Positions 13,006-25,468 of a stretch of 64,000 nucleotides of DNA are shown one piece after another; within the stretch, counting starts at the first letter, position 1, and each line of letters starts with the position of its first letter. Where the stretch lies: the NCBI GenBank assembly GCA_965153455.1, contig OZ234494.1:7936001-8000000 (forward strand). Reading direction: 5' to 3'. The notes under the pieces were generated by a model. That model did no database searches. It was not told the origin of the DNA and worked only from the letters and a program-made list of their open reading frames with translations. This stretch comes from Sphagnum compactum (Eukaryota). Made by a program: the position numbers and the translations under genes.

Positions 13006-14242
13006 ATTGGAAGGCCACTAAACCTTCAGCCACACTTCAACATTAGAGATGCAGAAATATTTGGAACTTGACAGGTTGGGGTTTGTGAATCATATTTGCA
13101 TGATGATTGGTGTACCTAAACCTCTTAAGGCTGAGCTTAAATGGTCAAAAGCCTCAATCACAAAAATTCACTAAGTAAATTTAAGTACTAAAATACATTT
13201 TGAACTGGTTAAGTGCTGTCTCAAAGTATCTTCAAAATGGATTCACCTAAACCCTAAACCCTCAAATTCTGCCACTTTTCAGGCATCTTAGGTTGCAAAA
13301 TTTGGCCCTTGTTGAAGGAAATTCTAATTGTGAGCGATGTGCCATTTTGTCCAAATAATTGAAGTGCTAATAACAACAGAATCTGCCTTAAACAGCCGTT
13401 AGGTCAAGGAAAGTGCCCCCTAGGGCACATTCTGCCCCCTAGTGTGCCTTTTGGGCTCAACCTACCAGCCTCACTCTAAAGGTTTAACCTAGGGCCCAGA
13501 ACATGGCCTACGAGGTGCCTTCTCTAGTACAAAAAAATTTCTCCAACTTCCACACCAACTTTTGGTTCTATCTCCTCTTTCACACGTCTTCCCCCTCAAT
13601 TGTATCATATTGGTGAGGGCATCATTTGCATCTTTGTCTCAACTCCTTAATAGATTCATTTGATCTCTCTTGGGTCTTGCAATTTATATTTGTCTTTGCT
13701 TTTTGTCTTGCAATGTCATTGTTTTGTTTGTGTCTAAATGCTTTGCATTTGTTTTGCAATTTCTTGCAATGTGTTTGTTTTGTGCATCGCATTGTATTAC
13801 AATGCCTTCGTTTCATAGCACCATTGCTTTTTAGTGCCTTCATTTTACAACTCATTTTCACTTCACATTCATTTTTGTTTGCATCTTGTAATGTGTTTGT
13901 TTTGTGCAGTGTCACATTTTCTTGCAATGCATTTGTTTTGAATAACCATTGTCTTTCGAAACCTTCATTTTGCAATGTTTCTTTCTTAAACAACATCATT
14001 GTCTTGTAGCACCTTGTGTTTCACATCATTGATCTTTTGCATCATTCCATAAAACAACACACATATTTTCTTTCACAACTTTTGCAAATTTCAATATCAT
14101 AAATTCATCACAAACATATTAAACAACACAAATTTGTGTTTGTTTTTGGTTTCTTTTTTTTTTCTTCTTTTCATTTTGCATTGTTCTGTTGTTGCAACCC
14201 TAGCCTTGGGATCACGACCAAAATTAAAACATGAGAAAATAA

Positions 14243-14884
14243 TGTTAAGAATGAAGATTAAATTTATTGTAACTATTGTAGCAATAAGTAATTAAAATAA
14301 TTATTTAGGTTTAAGGTTGATTTTGCTTACCTACCTCACTTGTATTTAGGAAGGATTGTGTTACGAACATGGAAATTACAAAAGCAAAGGGATTTCCAAG
14401 GTACACAAAAACCAAAACAAACTATGACAATAATAGGCCTAAATCTAATTCCAAACACAAAATGTAAAAATCAAAATAAGATCATGAAAATATGCAAATC
14501 AATAATTTAAACAAAATTTTATTTCATAACTTATGAAAACATGAACATGAAATGAAATAAACAAGGTTATAATGTAATATCATACCTTAAATTAGTGTTG
14601 AACATATTAAAGGTAATGAGGGGTCCTAATTCTAATTACACCCCTTTGGGACCTAATTCAAAAAAACTCCATGAAAGCTTCCATATGCCTACTATCTAAG
14701 GAATCTTCTTGAAAACCATCTTAAAGTATAAGTTTATTATTAATCAATTATAAGGTTGTTTAAAATGATGTCACACGTCCATTTTGCATATGTTGTCACA
14801 TCAACGATTGTATAGACATGTTGGTTTCATCCATTAAGTCAAACACGAACAATTTTTTTTCCACTGGATCCTGCACACTTAACA
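14243..14884. mobile_element. Probable solo LTR (642 bp)
   Basis: Termini TGTTAAG...CTTAACA form a 7-bp perfect inverted repeat (TG..CA). Flanks AATAA/AATGA are a 5-bp TSD with 1 mismatch. Confidence 0.6.
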
Positions 14885-15489
14885 AATGAAAACAAATTTG
14901 ATCATCATAGTTTGGTAACTAAATTGGTTTTCACAATTTTCATGACTTAAACTATTTTTATTACCAAAGGTTCAACAAATGATACCCATTCAATTTGCGG
15001 TGACCAAAATAGATTTCAATCATTTGATCGACAATGGATCGATCTATACCATTGATTCAACAACTAAATTTGGGCCCTTTTCTGGTTGTCGCACGAGCAA
15101 GTTTTTTTTATAGTTGATAATTGATTTTAGGCATCCATTGGCGATTAAAATTAATCTAAATCATAGTTGGAAAAAATGGCAACTTTTCCCAAAAAAATAA
15201 CCTACCCACTTTGCTTATGTTGAGTAACAAAAAGTGGAGCGTGAATTTTAAATTAATTTCTTCTTTGAAATGTGTGGGTTTTATGTTACTTAACAAGCAA
15301 TCATTGCTATATACCTTGGGAGAGAGGGGCAAAACTTTATGGGTGTATGAATTTCAAATCATCATATTGCATTTACTATTGGTGTTAAATTTCATTGTAT
15401 ACTTTTAAAAGTGAAACCAAACCTTATTATTATGTATTAATTTTTCTAATCAATTTTTTTTTGTGTTTTTTAATCGAGGATAGGCGAAA

Positions 15490-18130
15490 CATGTGGGAAC
15501 CATGGTACTTGATAACTCTAGACAACTTGGGTAAGATGGAATGTAAGTTTTGGAACAATGTCATTTCATATCGCAAGGATTAATGCCTTTCCATTTGGGC
15601 TATTGACATGATGGTAGTGGAAAAGTTGGTATTGCAATGGGTTCAAAGGCATGGACACAAATCAAAGCATTATTTGCCATGCGGGGGAATTGTCTTTCAA
15701 CCATTAAATGACATGGTTGTACTAGTGCATGATGGGACAATAGAAAATGTGACCATTGAAATGCCAAACCCTTCAAAGGAGGGAGAATCTACTTCGGCCT
15801 TCAAATGGAAAGGGCTTGAATTTACACCCCACCTACAAAATAACATAGAGGGTCATAATAAATAATAATGCCCAAACTTTTTACTAAGTCTCATTACAAG
15901 AGGGATTAAACTAAAAAAAATAGGAGTTGGATAATAAGTGGGCGAATTTCTTTTATGAAGTGAATATCCTTTTCAACATTGCACGACATTCAATGTTCAT
16001 AGAAGTTGTGAAAACAACCTCAAAGTCCCAAACCTACTATACACCCCCATCATACCATGGACTGTGCAAAAAATTGCAAAAGCAATCCAATGTCGATGCG
16101 TCCAAACTTATTGTTGAAAGGATACAAAATTCCATTCACAAGTATGGAACCATCATTTGTTTTGATGGTTGGGACAATGTTGCAAAATGTTGATTGTTGA
16201 ATGTGATGTTTGCTTGTCCTAATGGAAATGTATTCTTAGGTGCCATTGACACAATAGGGGAACATAAGGATGCCTGAGTGCTACATATTAATGCTTTGGT
16301 TGGATACATTGAAACCATTGGAGTGGACAACATTATACAAATTTGTACAAACAATATTTCCAACATGCAAAATGTAGCTAACCTTCTAATTTGTCATTTT
16401 TCAAACCTTTACTTTCAAGGTTGTGCAACTCATTGTTTGGACATTACTAAAAGATTGAAGGGAAAAAACATGGGTGAAGCGAATTGTGAAAAGGGTGAAA
16501 ATTATTATTTCTTTCATATGGTAACACCATGCACCACTTGCAATCTTCCGTCATTACGAAACCAACTTAATGCCTCAAAACCCCATTGAGACACAATTTG
16601 CAACCAATTTCTTAATGATTGAGTGATTGTTGAGAGTGAAACCTATTGTTCAACAAACTATTGAGTGTTGGCATGGTGGGGTGGACCAATTTTGGCATCA
16701 TGGGGTGCTTCTTATGCATTGTGGGTGTGATTACAAATGTTATATCTTACTACATATGTTGGGTTTGGTAAATAGGGACTCATTTTCAAATAATATACTT
16801 TAATATTTACACGGTGCAATTTTTTGTAATGCAAAAAACATAAAATCCCAAGAGCTATGGACTTTTGAAATTGAAAAACTAGGGTGCCACGCCAACTACA
16901 ATTAAAATAATGGATTTTAATTTGGTTCAATGATGGATCTAGAACTTGTTTAGGGAATTGGTTTCAAGGTGAAATGTATAAATTAAAATAATGCAAAAGA
17001 GTTTTGCATCATATGAATTGAAGGTATTGCACTATGAACTTTTGAATGTTCAAAAAACACGCCCTATTTTTAAAAGTCCATAGCATTTAAAAACAAAGGT
17101 GTTTTGAGTTTTAATTTTTTTTAATATTCATATAAATCACTAGCCTCTATAATGCACAAATCACATATGGAAAAAAAATTGTTAGGAATGGATAGATATC
17201 ATCTTGTCATCATTTTATGTCAACACTTTGCACATGGTTAAAGCTTGCAAAATGGATTTTGGGCCAGGTTTTTTTTGCCGGGTTTTAGTCCACCCAACCA
17301 TGCCAAGAACCTATCATCAATCCTAAATGGACAACTTTTGTCAACATGTTGTGTAACCGCCATCAACACAAGTCCCTCACCAAGTTGAAATATGTTTGAG
17401 CCAACATAAGGAAAGATGGATTTTGCAATAGTTGTGCCAACTTTGTGCACATGGTGGAACCAATTCTAATGGAATTGAAAGCATACAATGGTAAACAACC
17501 TTGCATGGGGAAACCGTTTGACATTCATTTGTCATGAAGACATTGGAACAATATATTTATCATTATAAGATCAACCTTTTCATTACCAGTGAACCTTGCA
17601 AATGTGATCAAACATCATTTTTACCATCGGTGGAGGATGTTGATGACCGACTTACATTATGCAGGAGCCTTTTTCAATCCATATTTATTTGAGTTTAATG
17701 TGTCTCAAACAAATTATACACCTCGATGATGATGTAGATGCCAAGGAAACATTCAACTATGTGTTACGAAAAAACATTGGTAACTCGACAACCTATGCCC
17801 AAGAATTAAAGGACTTTGTTGAAAGTCAAAGGTCTTTTTTTGACACCCCCCAAGTTGACGACCTCAAATTGTTCCCATATGAATGGTGGGATTTAATTGG
17901 AATTGGTGGATGCACACTTACACCCATTGTTTGCCACATCTTGTCACAAGTGTGTCCTTTGTCATTGTGCAAACGGAATTGAAGTTCTACTCATTTTCCA
18001 CAGCAAAATGTGACATTGTTTCACATTGAATTGAATTGAGGACTTGGTGTACACTTACAATAATAATAAGCTCCTACAAAAACAACCTAGTGCTAACCCC
18101 ATTACATTGTATGAGAAAAATATGTTGTTT
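15490..18130 (+). mobile_element. Degenerate hAT-superfamily transposase (BED-finger-like, DUF659, hAT C-terminal dimerisation) relic
   Basis: Collinear fragments KMECKFWNN; KWANFFYEVNILFNIARH..YTPPSYHGL; GTIICFDGWDNV; IETIGVDNIIQICTNN; FQGCATHCLD; FVHMVEPILMELKAYNGKQPCMGK; PYEWWDLIG..ILSQVCPLSLCKRN. Many stops and frameshifts. Confidence 0.85.
16662..17310. mobile_element. Non-autonomous TIR element (MITE-like, about 650 bp) nested in the hAT relic
   Basis: TTGGCATGGTGGGGTGGACCA (16668-16688) is the near-perfect reverse complement of TAGTCCACCCAACCATGCCAA (17286-17306). CTAT is duplicated at 16658-16661 and 17311-17314. Excision restores QQTIINPKWTTFVN. Confidence 0.75.
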
Positions 18131-19504
18131 AAAAACTCTATGTTCAATATCAATGAAAGTTTATACAAAGGAGACACATTAGAGGAGAATCCTTTAATGT
18201 CAAATGAGGATGAAGACTAGTATTACCCCTTTGAATTCCTAGTTGATGACCCATCAAAAGACCTTCCATTTTCAAGATTGTTGTCTAATGTTAACATTTG
18301 GAAATAACTACAATTTGATAATGGGAATACAAACATGGCATGCCACCCAATGTGGCTTCACAATAAGTGGAATTCCCCACCTTAAATTCATTCATTAAAC
18401 ATCAAGTTGAAGCCCCTCATGCATCCACCATGGTTGTACATGCTCTGATGTCGATAATGAAATCACACACTTGCATTCAATAAGTTCCATCAATCTTGTA
18501 TTCTCACATAACATGAACACACCATCATCGATAATGGATTTAACAATGGGCCTAGGGATCAACATTACACATATGGTAACCTAAAACACATTAATTGACA
18601 CACCGAACACACAAGTGGGTCAACACACAAGTGGGTCTTTTGGTCAATCCTACAAATCCTAAGTCAAAACCATGGTAGTAAATGACATTGGATCTACGAG
18701 TGGGCCTAGATACCACCATTTACAAAATTGAACCCCAAGCCATTCATCAACACATGCCCATTCATGAAATTGAAATTGCATTGGCACAACATGATTCAAA
18801 TTATGACCACGCATGAATCTTCGATTATTTATGACATCAAACACGTCTTCAACCCTAGGTGGGATCAAGTCTAGTTGTGCCGGTTGTTTCCATGAATCAT
18901 CCTCATCTACCTATTTAGAATTCATTCACACAATATATCACTTGAAAAAAAAGGTTAGCTGATAAACAACAATGTTTTTGTAGGAAAACATGATTATGAT
19001 TAATTACATATGGATGGCATCATGGATATTGATGGACATCATCCCACCAAATGAATTGTGACAAAACAAATGGGGCAAAATATCATCACAACCTTGCATG
19101 GGACATACATTTTAGAAGTGGAAGAGTGATGCAATGATGATGATGATGACACATGCATTAATAATGATGGTGGTGATGCACCAAATGACAATGAATATCA
19201 TGAACCTCGACCCCAAGATATATACCACTCCCATAATTGGTTGTGCTTCCACATCTATAGTCACTAGGGCATCCCAATCTCACATTGTTTGAAAGGGTTA
19301 ACCATTAGGGAATACACAAAAATTGGTTAATTTTCCCATCCACAAGAAGGTTTACATAACTTGTTTAAATTGTATGCTTTTGTGTAAATAAATTTGTTAC
19401 CATTTTATTTTGAACCCTACTTGGTGTTTATCAAAATTTGCCAAATATTTGAACTATTCATTCTATCAATGTAATTAATATTTAGAAAGGTGAAAATCTT
19501 TTAA

Positions 19505-19740
19505 GGTGTACCACATAGAATAAAAAGGACCTAGTCCATATTGTAGTCCTTTTTTACTCTTTTGATCCCCATAAAGAATAATGAGTTAAAAGTTGTCAAA
19601 TTTTTTGAAAGGACCATATTTTAAACTGTTAAAATTCGAAATTCCATCACAATCATCCATAAATGTGTCTTTACATGGAAAAAATGGACTAAGTAAAAAA
19701 GACATAAAAGGGTGACGTTGTGACAAGATTTTGGTACACC
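19505..19740. mobile_element. MITE (236 bp) with TTAA flanks
   Basis: TTAA-GGTGTACCA (19501-19513) ... TGGTACACC-TTAA (19732-19744), a perfect inverted repeat. Confidence 0.75.
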
Positions 19741-21399
19741 TTAAAGAATTTGGACCTAGAAATTAAATTTTGATTCAACCCAAAGTTAAGTGTTGAACAT
19801 ATTCAAACATGTAATAAAGATGTATTTGGTGTGCAATTATGGTTTTTTTTATCACACTACAATCTAAAAGCTCTAAGCAAGTGGAAAGTTTTGTTTCTTA
19901 TTTATTACGTGCAAGTTATCACAACCATTACATCAATTGGGGAAATTTTTTGTTTGCCCATTTTACACCATTTATAAATATGACAATGGACATGTACATA
20001 ATTTTGTTTCAAGGTGGGAAAAGTGATGTACATATGATGTGCCTAATATGTATGTTAAATCCTCCTTGCCCTAAACTTAGGAATCTATTGGTTTTCTACT
20101 ATTACCTTCCCCAAATATTGGTTTGAAAAGTTGGTTGAGATTGTTGGTAGTTGCACTAATGGGTGTTGGTTTGCTTGAGTGTCTCGAAAATATTGTCCTT
20201 CGCAATTTTTTGGTTAGTTTTTGGTATAAAATACCACCTAAAGCAATGTTAAATGTGTGATAATAAAAATGTAAAATTACAATTTTGTAATATTGAATAA
20301 ACAAATCACAAAAATGTGAAAATATTTCCATGGATATGAATATAAATGGTATTTTGGTGGTATAATATTTGTCATGTAAAGCAAATACCTCTTACGCATG
20401 TAAAATTATTATAATATAACCATTTGTATAAGAAAAAATAATTGTAAATTGATATGTATATATGAAATGCATCTTTTGAATACCTTATTGGCCTAATTAC
20501 ATATGTTGATGAACCCCTATAATGTTAGGAGTGTGCTGAAAATTGGCAATTTGTTGTCCACATAACAAAATACTTTGATTTTTGTGTGAATGGATGAAAA
20601 TCATCTTTTAGTGTATTTATCATAATCTATTCTAGTGCCTTATCTATTTTTATATTTAAAATTAATCCTTTTAAAGTTGTAGTCATATGGTTTACAAGTG
20701 GGTCCCAGACTTTCAAAATACCCAAAAAATACGAATTTTTTTCACCAAATACCAAAATTGTCTATAGATTTGACCGCAAAGTGGGTAGAAATTTGTCACA
20801 AGTCATGTGATTTGAATGTTTTAAGATCCTGACACATAGAAATTCTGTAATTTGTATGTATAGGTGGGAAGGTTGGTGGAAATGTCTTACAATGTTGTGG
20901 TATTTTAAAATATCAAAAAACTACAATACCTTTATCATTTTTGAAACATTCAAGCAAATCGTGACCCTAATGGACCTTATTGCCCAATGTTCACCCCATG
21001 CAAAATCAAATTCAACCCAAGAAGATTTTTTATCTCATTGACTATGGTGATTGTGTGTGACGATACTTCAGTTAAAGAATGCAAATGTGGCTTCATCCTT
21101 CAAACATTGGGAATCATTAATGTCCTTGATTAAATGGTCATGTACTACTTTTCCCAAGAGATCATGTAGACTACACACTTGCTAGACCTTATCACTAGTG
21201 GAATTGTACCAAATTCCACATGGGTTTAAACCAAATTCAAATTTATTGGTCCTTGGGTTAAACCACCATCCAAAATTTGGTAAAACCATTCACTTTTCAC
21301 ATTAGTGGGTATAAAATAAAAGGCCTCACATGCTTTTTGAATTTGGGATTCATCCAATTACCATTTGTCCTATTGACTCCCAAATGTAATAAATGACAT

Positions 21400-22920
21400 G
21401 CCTACTTGCCAAATCCATTGCATGTTTGCACCTCATGCTTGAAGTCGATTAGGTGTGTTATATTGATTATATTCCCAATGTTTTGCCATGACAATTTGAG
21501 CAACCTGTTGCAGATCAAATTCAGGAAGATATTGAAGTCCTTGAGGTTCCATGTGGAGATGGAGTTTGGCCTATAAAGATATGCCCCCCTACATCGCATG
21601 TTCAATGTTCAAAGTTGCAAAAATTCACCAAACATTCTTGTGCTACAAGGATAATTATCAAGTTGATTTCTATTGGTGTCCCTGCCCTGACTTACTCAGG
21701 GTTGTGGACTTAGTTCCTTGGTGCACCCTTAAAGCTGCACAAGTTCTGGTTCTGTGCAGATGATATGAATCATTACGTTGGTGTTACAAAACGCAAGTAT
21801 GCATTGGATAGGGTGTTTTGAAAATTTGGCCCGTTCAAGTTGAAACCAATCTCACCCAAGATGAAATCAAATCTTTTGAAGAAGTGGGATTTATACTAAA
21901 TAGACGACATCTAATCTTTCCTTAAAACCTATTCAGAGGGGAAAACTCCATTCCTATAAATAGACCAGTTGATGAAATGTCGTGGCCAACATCATGTAAT
22001 GGTAAGGCTGTTTGTCGTATAGTGTCATTCAAGATGTCAAATCTACATCACAATCGATGGGAGGCTAGTCGATTTCTTGAAGCAATTGTAAACCCACCAT
22101 TGGAAATTCCCCCTCCTAGATATGGATGAAGATAAAAGATTTTATTTGGCCAAAATCCAAACAAAAAACAATATGAAGTTACAATAGGGAACTTTCCAAC
22201 TTGCACTTGTTTGGATTTTGTAGCAATGATTTTAGTTCGTTAGGTCGACAAGGGAAGTGGGTGCCCTGTAAACACATTGTCACATACACCACCATCATTC
22301 GTTGCTTGCATCAACATAGTCACATGCATCATCATTTGCATCATCGTTAACTCCCAGTTCATTTTTAGTTAAGTCCTAGTTAATTCTTAATTAAATCCCA
22401 GTTAAGTTCGAATTAACCCTTAGTTAAATTTTAGTTGACTTTTAGTTCATGAATTAAGAAGCTTCTCAAGAAGCTTCCTTGCTCTGTGCACACATGGAAG
22501 CCTCTATGGAAGCTTCTTTGAGCTAGGTCTTCAATGGGGTATAAATAAGGGTAGAACCTCCCATTACTTTCAATCTGTTCAACACCAATTTTGGGTATGT
22601 TTTCTTGTCATAACCTTTGCTTTCATACATTATTAGAATAAAGTTTTGTTTGAATCATCTTCTAACATATATCGTGTTCTTGCCTTGTGTTTTTTTGTTT
22701 TTAGTCTTGAATTAAACTTAAGTTTGCATTTTTTGTGATTTGTTTTCCTTGTTATGTGTTCGGCTTAGTTCTTGTTCTTGTAATTTTCCGTGCCCATGAC
22801 ACATATAAACTATGTTTTACAACATGTCATGTTTTGTGGGTAGTTTGAAAATTTCATTCATTTTCCAACTTGGAGTTGTGATGAAATTCATTACTTGTTG
22901 GATCGCAATGTAACTTTGGT
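21400..22920 (+). mobile_element. Degenerate SWIM zinc-finger-containing coding relic (probably TE-derived, MULE-like)
   Basis: YEVTIGNFPTCTCLDFVAM...GRQGKWVPCKH (about 22172-22276) fits CxC-xn-CxH. The frame continues INYVLQHVMFCG after the nested LTR. The 5' boundary is approximate. Confidence 0.6.
22278..22801 (+). mobile_element. Solo LTR (524 bp) nested in the SWIM relic
   Basis: TGTCA...TGACA termini. TSD CACAT/CATAT. Internal TATAAATA at about 22540 and AATAAA at about 22638. Confidence 0.8.
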
Positions 22921-25208
22921 GCAGGTAGGAATATTATTTTGAATTGTCAATTATAGCGCTCAACTTGATGTTATGTGTTTGGCTCTTAAACTATAACTTG
23001 CAAAGGATGTTATTGCTCTGGTTTTATAAACGGTTTGATAATTGTTCATTTAACATTTTGTTTAGCATGAATGATCAAACATTGTTAAATAGAAATTAGT
23101 TATCAACTAATTTAAATCTCCACTAATAATTTAAAATTTTATCTTACAAGATTATCAGAAATAATTTCTAAATTTCAATTATAGACAACTACAACAAAAG
23201 TTATGATATCCTTGTCATTAATAACATATTTTGTCTACTTGGATGACTATTATGTGTCATAAAAAGAATATTCTTGCCACATCAGTAGAATATTTTGTCC
23301 ATGTTGATGGAATATTCTTATCTACGTGGAGACTATTTGGCCTTATGTGGCAAAAATATTCTTCAAAGATTCAATGTTGTTCACAGAATTTCAATTCACC
23401 GCTCACACTTACATGCTCACATAATAGTTGTGTTGGTTTTTCCAAAACAACACACCTTCCTTCCATCACATGAAAATATTATGTTACATACATCACTTTG
23501 TGCAAAAAATTAAACCATGGATAGGTAACACTTATGTGCATCTTTTGATATGTGTATTGGCCCAATAAAACCAACAATAACTCATGTTTACAACTTGATT
23601 AAATTGAAAACAATTGTCCACCCTTTAAAATACCATTTTTTTGTCTATGATATAATATATGTCACTTGTCTATTTTTCTATATTCAAAATGATTAGTTCT
23701 AAAGCCCTATAAAGTTTTCAAGTGAAAACTTTAATGATGAAGTGGCATAATGCCCAATTTGTTGACTTTTGTGTGGTATTTGATTTATTCTTCAACAAAT
23801 ATTGTGAAATACATGTTGGACATAATAAGAGGCACCATGTGTCTAATGTTTTGAATTGCATGTGTAGTTTTCCTTCAATTGATGAATATATAAAATCCAA
23901 GTTATGTGGACCCACTAAGGTGTCTTCATTCCCAATTATGGCCTCCATTTTGCAACTAACCCATGGCCATTCTAGAATACAAAAACCACTAATTTTTTTT
24001 TATTGTTTTGTGCCACCCTAAAACACCAACACCCTAAAAAGGATTTGAATCATAAAATTTTTACAATTGTTAAATTCATTAAATTGGCTCCCTCTTGGAA
24101 ACGAATGTAACACCACATATCACATTACTCGACAAATTCTTCTCCTCAATCAAAGCACAAGTCAAAAAGAACCTTCACAAGATTATGGGGAATCCAATAA
24201 GCTTAGTATGAGTCTATGCTATCTTTATTCATTTCCGAAACAAACATATTATTTGTATCATCTTCAAATCATATATTCCAATAACCCCATGACACAATTA
24301 AAACATTCAAATGAAAAAACCCTCTCTCTATCTTCAAATCCCTTCTTTCAATAAGTTTACATGATGATCAATGATTTCAAAATTGTGAGATGTTATGTGT
24401 AAATTGCATCAAAAGACTATTGATCTAAAATATTGGAACTAAAATGGAACTTTTAAGAGCAATTCCGCCCATACCCAATTGGGGCCTCCAACAATATTTC
24501 TCACATTCAAAGATGGCTTCATTAGTTCCCAAACCTCACTATACATATGAAAATTATGATAATAAATTGTGAGAGATTATTAATAGCTGGCCACCCAAGA
24601 ACCAATCATTTTGTATGCCCAATCAAAAGTAATTATGATTGTGCAACGCCTTTTGTAGGCACAACATCTTGTGCACCAATATTAACTCAAAACCGTTTTC
24701 CTACCCCCAACTGACATAAACTTTAATATTCTTCATCTAAAACATATTGTGCAATGGGTCATGGGGATGATCTAAGTCCTTTAAACTAACTTTAGTTGCT
24801 AAAAATACACCATTTTAAAAGTTGTTAACTTGAACATTTCACACACATGAAAAGTCACCATCTATCGATAGCTTGAAACCAAATGCATGAATACACAGGG
24901 CTTTCCATACCTTATAATTGATCATGATGATGTAAAAAGATATTTAAAACAAGTACACAAAATCCATTAAATAATGCCATCCATTAATTAATCCAAACAA
25001 ACAACAAATTTGGATTGATTAACACAATTACTCAAGTTGTAAAATCAATAAGTAAATGTGTCATTTGGATGCAGGATTTATAGTTTTCTCTTCATGAGGT
25101 CTTATCATCATTCATGATGTTAGCTCCATTAGCATCTCTTATCACCTATCTTATATTATCAACAAATACCAAGGTAATGTTTTGTATCATTATGCAATAG
25201 TAGAAAAC

Positions 25209-25468
25209 TTGGGATTCGCGTTGCTACTAGTGATGATCAATTAACACAAGGTTAAAATATTAGTAGATTTAAATTTATTTAAATAAATTATTTAAGAGAT
25301 AATTGGCTACTCAAAAATTGGTAGTCCAAGATCATATAAATTGCCCATGAATTTTTTAAAATTTTCATTAACTTGGGCTTCACGTTGCTTTGCACTACCA
25401 CTGATGATCAATTGACACAAGTCAAAATATTAATAGATTTGAATGTATTTAAATATATTATTTAAGAA
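25209..25468 (+). repeat. Degenerate tandem duplication (about 165-bp spacing)
   Basis: CTTGGG.TTC.CGTTGCT...TGATGATCAATT.ACACAAG...AAAATATTA.TAGATTT.AAT.TATTTAAATA.ATTATTTAAGA occurs twice. Confidence 0.7.

Noticed and set aside
13247-13262. Telomere-like CCTAAACCCTAAACC (also TAGGGTTTAGG at about 26675 and 49240)
   Set aside because: Only about two units each, too short to call interstitial telomeric arrays.
13622-14009. Overlapping 125/127-aa ORFs on both strands
   Set aside because: They arise from low-complexity TTGCA/TTTTG-rich sequence and show no protein motif.
23200-24900. Possible minus-strand transposase relic (fragments LGIQNDWFL, FGTN)
   Set aside because: Too decayed to support without a homology search.
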